Origin: Phycisphaerae bacterium
GTDB lineage: Bacteria > Planctomycetota > Phycisphaerae > FEN-1346
Length of the DNA stretch: 24,000 nt
Reading direction: 5' to 3'
Assembly: GCA_035530455.1 (NCBI GenBank)
Contig: DATKUU010000078.1
Location: forward strand, 16,239 to 40,238
A program made the translations under genes and the position numbers. The number at the start of each line of letters is the position of its first letter. Positions within the stretch are counted from its first letter, which is position 1. This document shows positions 1 through 8,056 of the stretch, piece by piece. The notes under the pieces were generated by a model, which made no database searches, was not told where the DNA came from, and worked only from the letters and a program-made list of their open reading frames with translations.

Positions 1-2
1 GA

Positions 3-326
3 CGCGGATTCTTCGTCGAGTTCTTCGGACGCAAGGCGTCGGTCTATAAGAGCATCGCCTACCTGGCGCTCGAATCGGGGGCGCCCATCGTCGTCGGCGG
101 CGCCTATCGAACCGGCCAGCGGTTCCATTACCACGCGGTCATCACCGACATCATCGAACCGGCCGAGTACGAGAAAAGCCTGGACGGCGCAATGGCCATT
201 ACGCAGCGCTTTACGTCGGCCCTCGAGCGCCTCGTGCGGATGGCGCCGGACCAGTACCTGTGGGTCCACCGGCGCTGGAAGACCCGCCCGCCGGAAGAAC
301 GCAAGGCGGCCGCCGCGCCGGCGTAA
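3..326 (+). CDS. Lipid A late acyltransferase family protein (LpxL/HtrB-like lauroyl/myristoyl acyltransferase), C-terminal fragment; 5' end off-window
   Basis: Frame 3 is open from the window edge to TAA at 324-326. The translation reads RGFFVEFFGRKASVYKSIAYLALESGAPIVVGGAYRTGQRFHYHAVITDIIEP...RLVRMAPDQYLWVHRRWKTRPPEE. The tail QYLWxHRRWKTRP matches the conserved C-terminus of LpxL/HtrB-type acyltransferases. It is the only plus-strand gene and is convergent with the dcw cluster. Confidence 0.7.
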   Translation, partial: RGFFVEFFGRKASVYKSIAYLALESGAPIVVGGAYRTGQRFHYHAVITDIIEPAEYEKSLDGAMAITQRFTSALERLVRMAPDQYLWVHRRWKTRPPEERKAAAAPA

Positions 327-331
327 ACAGT

Positions 332-421
332 GCCCGGCGTGTGTTCACGCCGGGCTAAATAACGGCGCGCGTCACCCTTCCCGCGCGCTTTTATTTAGCC
401 CCCGGTGAATACACCGGGGGC
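332..421. terminator. Convergent terminator region with three GC-rich hairpins; the central one is flanked by T-rich tracts on both strands
   Basis: H1 is gcccggcgtg(332-341)/cacgccgggc(346-355), 10 bp. H2 is gcgcgcg(365-371)/cgcgcgc(382-388) followed by ttttattt(389-396) on the plus strand; on the minus strand it is followed by cgttattta. H3 is gcccccggtg(398-407)/caccgggggc(412-421). H2 is additionally enclosed by the inverted repeat gggctaaataa(352-362)/ttatttagccc(391-401). Confidence 0.55.
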
Positions 422-1167
422 TCCGTCTCGCCGCGAAGGCGACGCCGGCGCCATTCCGAAAGGCCGACCAGGAAAAGCACCAACCCCCCCGCCGGCCAGA
501 GCACCATGTGGGCGAAGGTGTGCCACGCGCCCTCGGGCCAGCCATCCATCGCCAGGCGCACGGCCGCCACGACCGGGCTCGTCTCCAGGAACCGCGGAAA
601 GGCGGCGTGCATCGTCTCGCCGGCGGCGTAGGCGACCAAGAGCGGCCCGGCCGAGATGAGGAGCGCTGCGGCCACGAGCCACCGGCCCCGCGCTTCGCCC
701 ATCCCCAGATAGGCCGCGCGAAACCCGAACCCGAGGGCCGCGCAAACCACCGCCCCGGCCGCCGACAGCCCGACGCTCGCACTGGAACCGCTCACCGCCC
801 ATGCCACAAGCGCGAACGGGACCGCCAGCGCAAGGAGGACGAGAAGTTCCAGGAGGCTTCGGCCCAGGGCCCGGGCCGAGAGGCGAAGCGCGCCGGCGTC
901 GGAACCGTCCAAGGCAATCCGGAACGGCCAGACCGCCACAAGGAACAGCGCCGCCGCGGCCGCAAGCGCCCCTCGCGCCGCATCCGCCGTCAGCCAGAAC
1001 GGCCGGACGTCCAGGTGCGGCGCAAGGAGGAGCGACGGCACGAGGGCCGCCAGAAGCCAGAGGGTCCAGCCGAACGGCAGGAGCGCCCAGGCGCCGCGGC
1101 GGGGGACGCGCGGCGTCCGGTCGTCCGAAGCCGCTACGCCCGGGCCCGCACGCGCCTCGTCGGCCAT
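391..1167 (-). CDS. Hypothetical polytopic inner-membrane protein (258 aa), last gene of the dcw array
   Basis: ATG at 1165-1167 lies 3 nt after the ftsQ stop (1171-1173). Third-codon positions are strongly G/C. About 6-7 hydrophobic segments are visible, e.g. WALLPFGWTLWLLAALVPSLLLA, LLELLVLLALAVPFALVAWAV, WLVAAALLISAGPLLVAYAA and HMVLWPAGGLVLFLVGL. I recognise no family motif. Confidence 0.7.
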   Translation of the reverse strand: MADEARAGPGVAASDDRTPRVPRRGAWALLPFGWTLWLLAALVPSLLLAPHLDVRPFWLTADAARGALAAAAALFLVAVWPFRIALDGSDAGALRLSARALGRSLLELLVLLALAVPFALVAWAVSGSSASVGLSAAGAVVCAALGFGFRAAYLGMGEARGRWLVAAALLISAGPLLVAYAAGETMHAAFPRFLETSPVVAAVRLAMDGWPEGAWHTFAHMVLWPAGGLVLFLVGLSEWRRRRLRGETEPPVYSPGAK

Positions 1168-1170
1168 CGG

Positions 1171-2100
1171 TCAACTCCGCAGGCGGTATCGCTCCGGCGT
1201 CGAGCGCCGGCCGACCGCCTCGTTCGGAATGTCAATGTAGGACAGCACGCCGTCCACCCGGCCCTGGAACGACTCGTACACGTAGTCGAGGTAGCCGACC
1301 TTCTCGGTGAGGGTCTTCTCCTGGAGGCGTTCGGCCTCGGGGGTGGGCGCGCGGCCCCACTTAATCTCGGTTTGGTTGACGGTCCAGAGCGTCACCTCGG
1401 TTTGGCGCGGGTCGCGCCGGCCGCCGAAGTTCGACACGTCCACCGACGCCAGGCCGAACTTCTCGCGTCGCGGTTCGACGGCCTCGGCCACGCGCACGCC
1501 GGCCTCCAGCGCGGGCGCCGACCAAGCCCGGCCGGGGGCGGGCGGCGGCTCGGCACAGCCGGTGATGACGAGCAGGCGGACGGCGCCGAGGCGCGGCTCG
1601 CGATAGGTTCCCGGCAGGCGGACGCCCCGGGCGTCCACCAGGCAGTAGCAGTCGCGCCCGCCGACCTCGACGAACGCCATCGGCCGGCGGAACGTCAGGC
1701 GCACCTCCAGTCCCGGCGCGCCGGGACCCGCCACACGCACATCCCGCACGCGGACCGACTCGACGCGCTCCACCCACAGGCACGCCTCGTAGGCCCGCGC
1801 CACGCGCTCGGGAATAGTCGGGTCCAGGACGCTGAACCGCGTCGGCAGACTGCTCGTGACATCGAGTTCAGCGCGGATGGCCGGCGTCATCCAGGCCGGG
1901 CCGCTGACAAGGCGCAGGCTCTCTCGCGAGATTCTGTACTCCGGCGCATCGCGAAGGGCCTGCCCGAGGCGCGCCAACCCGAAGACGACACCGACGCCGG
2001 CGCCGGCCAGGGCGAGAACCACGAGCAGCGCCTTCAAGGCCGCCCGTCCGCCGCCGCCGGCGGCCAGGGGTCCGAATGAACTCCTGCTTCGTCGAGCCAA
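1171..2100 (-). CDS. ftsQ: Cell division protein FtsQ/DivIB-like (bitopic, POTRA-type periplasmic domain)
   Basis: TTG start at 2098-2100 is preceded by TAGGAGACGCGCG (AGGAG SD) and lies 10 nt after the ddl stop. The protein has a short basic N-terminus, one TM helix (ALKALLVVLALAGAGVGVVFGLA) and a ~250-aa periplasmic part (YRISRESLRLVSGPAWMTP..., CYCLVDARGVRLPG). Its position directly after ddl is the canonical ftsQ slot. Confidence 0.7.
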   Translation of the reverse strand: MARRSRSSFGPLAAGGGGRAALKALLVVLALAGAGVGVVFGLARLGQALRDAPEYRISRESLRLVSGPAWMTPAIRAELDVTSSLPTRFSVLDPTIPERVARAYEACLWVERVESVRVRDVRVAGPGAPGLEVRLTFRRPMAFVEVGGRDCYCLVDARGVRLPGTYREPRLGAVRLLVITGCAEPPPAPGRAWSAPALEAGVRVAEAVEPRREKFGLASVDVSNFGGRRDPRQTEVTLWTVNQTEIKWGRAPTPEAERLQEKTLTEKVGYLDYVYESFQGRVDGVLSYIDIPNEAVGRRSTPERYRLRS

Positions 2101-2110
2101 CGCGCGTCTC

Positions 2111-3058
2111 CTATTTTTTCGGCGCCGTCCGTCGCCGCCCGAGCGCCAGTGCCACGATGCGTTCGCACAGCCGGCCGAAGGAAATCCCCGCCCTCGCCGC
2201 CGCCTTCGGCACGAGACTGTGGCTCGTGAAGCCGGGGATGGTGTTCACTTCAAGAACCTGCGGCTCACCGTCGGGCGGCAGAATCAGGTCCACGCGCGAG
2301 AGGTCGCGGCACCCGAGCGCGTCGTGGGCCTCGAGCGCCACCCCGAGGACGCGCGCCTCGGCGCCGGGCGCCAGGCCGTGCTCGAAAACGAACTCCGTCC
2401 GCTCCGACTCATACTTCGCGTGGAAGTTGTACCACCCGCGCGGAACACGGATTTCGATGATCGGGAGGGCCTCGCGGCCGACGATGCCGACCGTCAACTC
2501 GCGCCCCACGACGCGCCGCTCCAGGAGCGCCGGCTCGCCGCGGCCCCAGACCACCTCGGCCGCGGCACGGAGCGCCTCGCGCGAATCGCACATCGCCACG
2601 TCAATGCTCGATCCATCGGCCACGGGCTTGACGACCAGGTCGGGACCCAGGGCGCCGAACGCATCGGCCAGCATCGCCTCGTCGCCCGGCGCCGCCAGAC
2701 GAAACGCGGGTGTCGGCACGCCGGCGTCGCTGAACCGGCGTTTGGCAGCCGATTTATCCATCGCGAGGCGGCTGGCCTCCGGTCCGCTGCCCGTGTAGCA
2801 CACGCCGAACTCGTCCAGCAGGGCCTGGACCTGGCCGTCCTCGCCCCACGGGCCGTGCAGCGCCAGAAACGCCACGTCCATCCCGCGGAAGAACTCCGGC
2901 CCCAGGTCGCCCGGCCGCACGTCGCAGGGGCGGACCGCGTGGCCGAGGCCCCGGAGCGCCTCGGCGACGGCCCGGCCGGACTGGAGGCTGACCTGGCGTT
3001 CGCGCGAGCATCCGCCCATCAGGACGCCGATGGTAAGCGTCCCCGGTTCCAAGGTCAT
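2111..3058 (-). CDS. ddl: D-alanine--D-alanine ligase
   Basis: Motifs are IGVLMGGCSRERQVSLQSG, LHGPWGEDGQVQALLD and EVNTIPGFTSHSLVPKAAARAGISF. I chose ATG 3056-3058 (MTLEPGTLTIGVL...) because it aligns with Ddl N-termini. The track's longer start at 3163 would run through the intergenic hairpins. Confidence 0.9.
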   Translation of the reverse strand: MTLEPGTLTIGVLMGGCSRERQVSLQSGRAVAEALRGLGHAVRPCDVRPGDLGPEFFRGMDVAFLALHGPWGEDGQVQALLDEFGVCYTGSGPEASRLAMDKSAAKRRFSDAGVPTPAFRLAAPGDEAMLADAFGALGPDLVVKPVADGSSIDVAMCDSREALRAAAEVVWGRGEPALLERRVVGRELTVGIVGREALPIIEIRVPRGWYNFHAKYESERTEFVFEHGLAPGAEARVLGVALEAHDALGCRDLSRVDLILPPDGEPQVLEVNTIPGFTSHSLVPKAAARAGISFGRLCERIVALALGRRRTAPKK

Positions 3059-3087
3059 GGCGGTCCGGGCCTCCCCGGCACTCAAGG

Positions 3088-3109
3088 CTAGGGCCAAACT
3101 TCGATCTCC
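3088..3109 (-). repeat. Orphan duplicate of the murB 3' terminus (would read EIEVWP-TAG)
   Basis: An exact 18-mer ggccaaacttcgatctcc occurs at 3092-3109 and again at 3245-3262, where it forms the real murB end. Both copies are followed in the same frame on the minus strand by a Pro codon and a stop (CCC TAG versus CCG TAA). Confidence 0.8.
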
Positions 3110-3113
3110 TTCG

Positions 3114-3222
3114 GGTGGCGGCCTTCCCCGGCCGCCACCGCTCCGCCCTGCACTGGCGGACAAGCCGCCAGTGCCACCCCCGCCGCTTCTGCCCTTCGCG
3201 GCGGCCTAGGAAGGCCGCCGCG
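3114..3222. repeat. Three tandem REP-like GC-rich stem-loops in the murB-ddl spacer
   Basis: Stems are ggtggcggcc(3114-3123)/ggccgccacc(3130-3139), cactggcgg(3151-3159)/ccgccagtg(3165-3173) and cgcggcggcc(3197-3206)/ggccgccgcg(3213-3222). All three are built on a GGCGGCC/GGCCGCC-like core. Confidence 0.75.
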
Positions 3223-3240
3223 CAACTTCTCAGATAAAGG

Positions 3241-4131
3241 TTACGGCCAAACTTCGATCTCCAACTCCAGGTCGAGGTCCTTGCGTTCTTTGATGGTGCG
3301 GCGGATCCGTTCGATGAGGGCGAGGATGTCGGCGGCCTTGGTTTTCGCGCTGTCCTTGATGACGATGTAGTTGGCGTGCTTGTGGGAGACCAGCGCGCCG
3401 CCGACCGATTCGCCCTTGAGGCCCGCCTGGTCAATGAGCGCCCCGGCCGACAGGCCGCGCGGGTTCTTGAAGATGCACCCCGCGCTGGCCATGCTGGTCG
3501 GCTGGCTGTTTTTCTTGGCCATCCAGATTTTCTTCATGCGCGCCAGGATGGCGCGCTGGGTGTCCGGCAGGAGGCGCAACTCGGCCTCGAGGATGAACCG
3601 GGCGGAAACGTTGCTCCAGCGGTAGGCGAACTCCAGGTCGTCGCGCTCGCGGTAGAACGTCTCGCCGCGGGAGTCGGCCACCTTGACGCGCTCGACGGTC
3701 TGGCCGATGTCGCCGAACGTCCCCCCCGCGTTCATCCGGATGGCCCCGCCGACCGAGCCCGGGATGCCGACGAGGCACTCGATGCCCGCCAGGCTCGCGC
3801 GCGCCGCCTCGTGGGCGACCTTCTGGATGGGGGCGGCGGCGCCCGCCCGCACAAGGTCGCCGTCAATCGCGATAGCGCCAAACCCTTCGCGGTCGAGTTG
3901 GATGACGACGCCCTTGACGCCCTCGTCGCGCACGAGGACGTTCGAGCCCCGCCCGATGACGCGGACCTCGAGTTTCTCCTTGTCGCACCTGGCCAGCAGG
4001 TCGCGCAGCTGGTCCTCCGAGCGCGGGCGTGCGAAGTACTCGGCCCGTCCGCCCACGCCGAACGTCGTCATCTCGCCCAGCGGAAAATCCTTCTGGACGA
4101 TCTCCTCCAGGCCCTTCATCGCGTCGGCCAT
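3241..4131 (-). CDS. murB: UDP-N-acetylenolpyruvoylglucosamine reductase
   Basis: MTTFGVGGRAEYF and VIGRGSNVLV indicate an FAD-binding PCMH-type N-terminal domain, and SAGCIFKNP is a MurB motif. ATG at 4129-4131 shares one nucleotide with the murC stop (TGATG). The longer track start (4227) overlaps murC and is Ala/Gly/Pro/Arg-rich low-complexity sequence. Confidence 0.9.
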   Translation of the reverse strand: MADAMKGLEEIVQKDFPLGEMTTFGVGGRAEYFARPRSEDQLRDLLARCDKEKLEVRVIGRGSNVLVRDEGVKGVVIQLDREGFGAIAIDGDLVRAGAAAPIQKVAHEAARASLAGIECLVGIPGSVGGAIRMNAGGTFGDIGQTVERVKVADSRGETFYRERDDLEFAYRWSNVSARFILEAELRLLPDTQRAILARMKKIWMAKKNSQPTSMASAGCIFKNPRGLSAGALIDQAGLKGESVGGALVSHKHANYIVIKDSAKTKAADILALIERIRRTIKERKDLDLELEIEVWP

Positions 4132-5594
4132 CAGGTCCCCTCGCGGTTGGTCCGCCCGGCGGGCTGGTCCGCCTTGGCGCGCGGCCCCTGCCCCAGGTCC
4201 TCCAGGAGCGGCCGGCCGAGACGCCACACGTCGCCTGCGCCCATGACCAAGAGCACGTCGCCCGCCGCCAGGCTCTCGACCAGGTACCGGCGGATCAAGT
4301 CGAACGATTCGATGTACAGGGCGTCGGCCCCCAGGCTTTGGATTTCGCCCACCAGGTCCTGGCTGCGGACGGCCTGGCGCTCGTTCTCGCTATCCCGCAC
4401 GAAGTAGATGTCCGGGACAATGGTCTTATCGGCCAGGGCCAGCGCCCGCGCAAAATCTTTCAGGAGGAACCGCGTCCGGCTGTACTGGTGCGGCTGGAAG
4501 ACGACCCAGAGGCGCTTCGGCTCGAAGCACTGCCGCACCGCCTTCAGCGTCGCCACAATCTCCGTCGGGTGGTGGGCGTAGTCGTCCACGACGGTGACGC
4601 CCGCGGCCCGGCCGAGTACCTCGGTGCGCCGGCGGGCGCCCTCGAACGCGCCGAGCGCCTCCAGGACCGCTTCCCGCGGCGCGCCCGCCCAGCGCGAGAG
4701 CGCCATCGCCGCCAACGCGTTCAGCACCTGGTGCTGGCCCGGCACCGACAGGCGGACCGTGCCGTAGAGGTCTTTCCCGTGGTACGCGTCGAACGCGAAG
4801 CGTCCGCGGTCGGCCTCGAGATTCTCGGCGCGCCAATCCCACTGGCCGCCCAGGCCGAACGTCTCCACCGCCGCCGACGTGCTGCGGGCCATCTGGGGTG
4901 CGGCCAGGTCCGTCCCGCCGAGGACCAGCAGGCCGCCGGCCGGGACGCGCGCCGCAAAGTCGGCGAACGCCCCGCGGATTTCCGCCAGATCCTTGTAATA
5001 GTCCAGGTGATCCTCCTCGATGTTGAGGATCGTCGCCGCCCGCGGCGCCAAAGCGAGGAACGACCGGTCGTACTCGCACGCTTCGACCACCAGATGCGGC
5101 CCGGCGCCGACGCTTGACCCGCCGCCCAGTTGCGGGACGTCGGCCCCGATGACGAAACTCGGGTCGAGCCCCGCCCGCCGCAGGACGAACGCCGTCATCG
5201 CCGTCGTCGTGCTCTTGCCGTGCGTCCCGCTGACAGCAATGCCCTGCCTCAGGTCCATCAGGCGCCCGAGGAAACGGGCGTACTTGTCCACCGGCACGCC
5301 GCGCCGAAGCGCCTCGGCAAGTTCCGGATTGTCGGCCGGGACAGCGGCGCTGGCGACGACGCGCTCGACGCCCTCGGGCAGATGCTCGCCGGCGTGGCCA
5401 ATAAAAACCGTTGCCCCGAGCCGGCGCAGCCTCTGGACAGTCTCGCTCTCCGTGCGGTCCGAACCGGACACCGTGCCGCCCTCGGCCAGGACGAACTCCG
5501 CCAGGCCGCACATCCCGCAACCCCCGATCCCGACGAAATGGATGCGGCGGCCGGCGTAAGGCTTCACGGGAGTTGTGGCGTTCGTGGGGTTCAT
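4131..5594 (-). CDS. murC: UDP-N-acetylmuramate--L-alanine ligase
   Basis: Motifs are IHFVGIGGCGMCGLAEFVL and AVSGTHGKSTTTAM (Mur ligase P-loop). I prefer ATG at 5592-5594 because of the upstream AGGACG. The alternative TTG at 5640-5642 overlaps the murG stop. Confidence 0.9.
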   Translation of the reverse strand: MNPTNATTPVKPYAGRRIHFVGIGGCGMCGLAEFVLAEGGTVSGSDRTESETVQRLRRLGATVFIGHAGEHLPEGVERVVASAAVPADNPELAEALRRGVPVDKYARFLGRLMDLRQGIAVSGTHGKSTTTAMTAFVLRRAGLDPSFVIGADVPQLGGGSSVGAGPHLVVEACEYDRSFLALAPRAATILNIEEDHLDYYKDLAEIRGAFADFAARVPAGGLLVLGGTDLAAPQMARSTSAAVETFGLGGQWDWRAENLEADRGRFAFDAYHGKDLYGTVRLSVPGQHQVLNALAAMALSRWAGAPREAVLEALGAFEGARRRTEVLGRAAGVTVVDDYAHHPTEIVATLKAVRQCFEPKRLWVVFQPHQYSRTRFLLKDFARALALADKTIVPDIYFVRDSENERQAVRSQDLVGEIQSLGADALYIESFDLIRRYLVESLAAGDVLLVMGAGDVWRLGRPLLEDLGQGPRAKADQPAGRTNREGT

Positions 5595-5638
5595 CGTTTC
5601 ACGTCCTGGGCGGAGTGTACGCCCCGCCCGGCCGGCTG

Positions 5639-6805
5639 TCAACGTTCGCGAGATTCAATGCCCTTGTGGCGTCGCTCGGTCACCTCGTCGGCAAGGCGGA
5701 GGAGTGCCTCGGCGACGGCGTGCGCCGCGTCGGGGCGTGCGGCCGCACGCGCCCCCTGGGCGAGGCCCCGCCGCCGCGCCTCGTCCCCGGCGAGTAAGGC
5801 GACGGCTTCGGCCAGGTCGCGGGCCGTCCCGGCAGGGTCGGCCGGACGGTCCTGGACGACGACGGCCGCCCCCGCCGCCTCCACCGCCCGCGCCTGTCGC
5901 ATCTGGTGCTGGTCGCGGTGGAAGGGGTACGGGAGGTAAATCGTCGGGACGGCGGCGGCGAGGAGTTCGGCAATGGTGGACGCGCCGGCGCGGGCGACCG
6001 CCAAATCCGCCGCCGCGTACGCCAGGCCCATCTCGTGTTCGTAGGCCCGGACCGAGACGGCGACGCCGAGGCCCTTGGTCGCGCGGGCGACTTCCTCATA
6101 GTCGAGTTCGCCGGTCAGGTGGAGCACCTGCCAGCCGTCCGGCAGGCCCCGCTCGCGCACCATCGCCGTGACGGCCCGGTTGACGGTGCGAGCGCCGCTC
6201 GAGGCGCCGGTCACAAGGAGCGTCCGCCGCCCCGCGGCGAGACCGTAGCGTGCGAGCGCCTCGGCCCGGTCGCGGCCGACGACGCCCGCGCGCACCGGGC
6301 ATCCCGTCAGCCGGGCCGCGCCGCCCAGGAGGTCCACGGTTTCGGCGAACTGGCAGAAGACGGCGTCGGCGCGGCGCGCAAGGCGCCGGTTGGCGCGGCC
6401 GGGGAGGATGTCGGGGTTCAGCACGGCGGTGGCGGCCCCGTACTTTTGGCCGACGCGGACGGGCGCGTAACTGGCGTAGCCGCCCAGGCCGACCACCACG
6501 TCCGGACAGAACTCGCGGAACCGCCGCCGGGCCTGGTTCCCCGCGCGCACGAGACTCACGAGGAACCCCGGCCAGGTCCACGGCTCGCGGAGTCGGAACG
6601 GCTTCGACGCCACCAGCGTCACGGGAAATCCCGACGCGCCAGGACCGCGAAGCACTTTGCGGTCCACAGCGCCGCCGGTCGAGGAGAAGGCGATGGCCGT
6701 GTCCGGCCGAAGGGCGAGGACGGCTTCGGCGACGGCCAGGCCGGGGTACAGGTGTCCGCCCGTCCCGCCGCCCGCCAGAAAGATTCGCCGTCCGCTCTCA
6801 CGCAT
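5639..6805 (-). CDS. murG: Undecaprenyldiphospho-muramoylpentapeptide beta-N-acetylglucosaminyltransferase
   Basis: RIFLAGGGTGGHLYPGLAVAEAV is the MurG G-loop. ATG at 6803-6805 overlaps the ftsW 3' end by 8 nt (ATGCGTGA). The 40 extra codons of the track ORF lie inside ftsW. Confidence 0.9.
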   Translation of the reverse strand: MRESGRRIFLAGGGTGGHLYPGLAVAEAVLALRPDTAIAFSSTGGAVDRKVLRGPGASGFPVTLVASKPFRLREPWTWPGFLVSLVRAGNQARRRFREFCPDVVVGLGGYASYAPVRVGQKYGAATAVLNPDILPGRANRRLARRADAVFCQFAETVDLLGGAARLTGCPVRAGVVGRDRAEALARYGLAAGRRTLLVTGASSGARTVNRAVTAMVRERGLPDGWQVLHLTGELDYEEVARATKGLGVAVSVRAYEHEMGLAYAAADLAVARAGASTIAELLAAAVPTIYLPYPFHRDQHQMRQARAVEAAGAAVVVQDRPADPAGTARDLAEAVALLAGDEARRRGLAQGARAAARPDAAHAVAEALLRLADEVTERRHKGIESRER

Positions 6806-8024
6806 GAGGAGCGACCTCAGGCCGCCCGAACCTGGTGCGCTGGCGCTCGGGGACCGGCGCCCCGAGGCGCAGGGGAGGCCAGGCCAGCGCGCCAGCCGAA
6901 GCCCGGTACCGCGCGACCGAGGCAATCAGCCCGGCCGCCAGGCTCATCATCACCAGACCCGAGCCGCCGTAACTGATGAACGGCAGGCCGATGCCCTTGG
7001 CCGGAAGGGCGCCGGTGACGACGCCGATGTTCATGACGGCCTGGAGTCCGATGGTCAGGAGCATCCCCGCCGCCAGCAGAAAGCCGAAGCGGTCGGCCGC
7101 GTCGCGCACGACGCGCCCCGCGCGCCAGACCAGCACGCCAAAAAGCCCCAGCACCAGGAGCGCCCCCAGGAGGCCCATCTCCTCGGCGAGGACCGCAAAG
7201 ATGAAGTCGGTCTCGCACTCCGGGATATAGTACTTCTGGACGCCCATCCCCAGGCCGACGCCCAAGAGACCCCCGCGCCCGATGCCCATCAGGCTCTGAG
7301 TGATGTGCCAGCCCGCCCCGTCCTGATACCGCCACGGGTCCACGAACGCGATGATCCGCTCCCAGCGGTAGGGAACTCGCACAACCGTCACATAGAAGCC
7401 AAGGGCGGCGACGGGCAGGACGGTCAGGAAATGCCACCATCGGCACCCCGCGAGGAGACAGACGACCGCCGCCACCAGGCCCACGAGCGCGGCCGTCCCG
7501 AAATCCTCCTTCACAATCAGCGTGCATACCACTGCCGTGGCCGCCATCGCGGGGACGAAGGTGCGCCGGTAACTGCGGACGAGAGCCCGCGGCCGGGAAA
7601 GAAACCACGCCAGGAACACCACCAGCGCGACCTTGGCGAACTCGGAGGGCTGGAAACTGATGCGCATCCCCGCCACGGTGACGGAGAACCATCGCCGGGC
7701 ACCGTTCACGGCATCGCCGAACAGGAGCACGAGGGCCAGGAGCGCGACCGCCGCCGCCAGGATGCCGACGGCCACCCATCCGCGGCTGAGCCAGCGGTAG
7801 GGGACGGCGGCGCCGAACGCCATGGCCACGAGCGCCACCGGCAGGAACAAGAGGTGGCGGGCGAACAGCGACCCGCCGCTCGCCGGCGCAAGAGTGCGCG
7901 TCGCGCTATAGACCAGGAGCACGCCGACCGCCAGAAGCGCCAGAACCACCATCACCAGAACCTGAGCGTCGGTGGTAGGCCGGTCGGCCCGGCTGAGCCG
8001 CACGCCATCGGACTGTATCGGCAT
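6798..8024 (-). CDS. ftsW: Peptidoglycan glycosyltransferase / lipid II flippase, FtsW (SEDS family)
   Basis: It is a multi-pass membrane protein with GIGLPFISYGGSGLV and other FtsW/RodA/SpoVE features. ATG at 8022-8024 is preceded by GGAAGGGAGAAG (SD). The track's TTG at 8063 lies inside the intergenic repeat. Confidence 0.9.
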   Translation of the reverse strand: MPIQSDGVRLSRADRPTTDAQVLVMVVLALLAVGVLLVYSATRTLAPASGGSLFARHLLFLPVALVAMAFGAAVPYRWLSRGWVAVGILAAAVALLALVLLFGDAVNGARRWFSVTVAGMRISFQPSEFAKVALVVFLAWFLSRPRALVRSYRRTFVPAMAATAVVCTLIVKEDFGTAALVGLVAAVVCLLAGCRWWHFLTVLPVAALGFYVTVVRVPYRWERIIAFVDPWRYQDGAGWHITQSLMGIGRGGLLGVGLGMGVQKYYIPECETDFIFAVLAEEMGLLGALLVLGLFGVLVWRAGRVVRDAADRFGFLLAAGMLLTIGLQAVMNIGVVTGALPAKGIGLPFISYGGSGLVMMSLAAGLIASVARYRASAGALAWPPLRLGAPVPERQRTRFGRPEVAPHA

Positions 8025-8056
8025 GTCGCTTCTCCCTTCCCGCGTCCTACAATGCG

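Noticed and set aside
395-1174. A 259-aa alternative minus-strand frame overlaps the 258-aa membrane protein ORF.
   Set aside because: Its translation is Gly/Arg/Pro-rich with no hydrophobic segments. The 391-1167 frame gives a coherent multi-TM protein with G/C-rich third positions and starts 3 nt after the ftsQ stop.
508-2079. A 523-aa plus-strand ORF lies opposite ftsQ and the 258-aa membrane gene. Similar plus-strand ORFs are at 1856-3091, 3376-4407, 4029-5117, 5906-6976, 6657-8108, 8295-9968, 9884-11305, 15383-16723, 17345-19261 and 19182-20222.
   Set aside because: All are shadow ORFs antisense to well-supported minus-strand genes. They have RPGA-rich composition, no SD or start context and no recognisable domains.
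2754-3434. A 226-aa minus-strand ORF bridges the murB 3' end, the hairpin spacer and the ddl 5' end.
   Set aside because: It is out of frame with both real genes and runs through the three palindromic hairpins. Its composition is arginine-rich and shadow-like.
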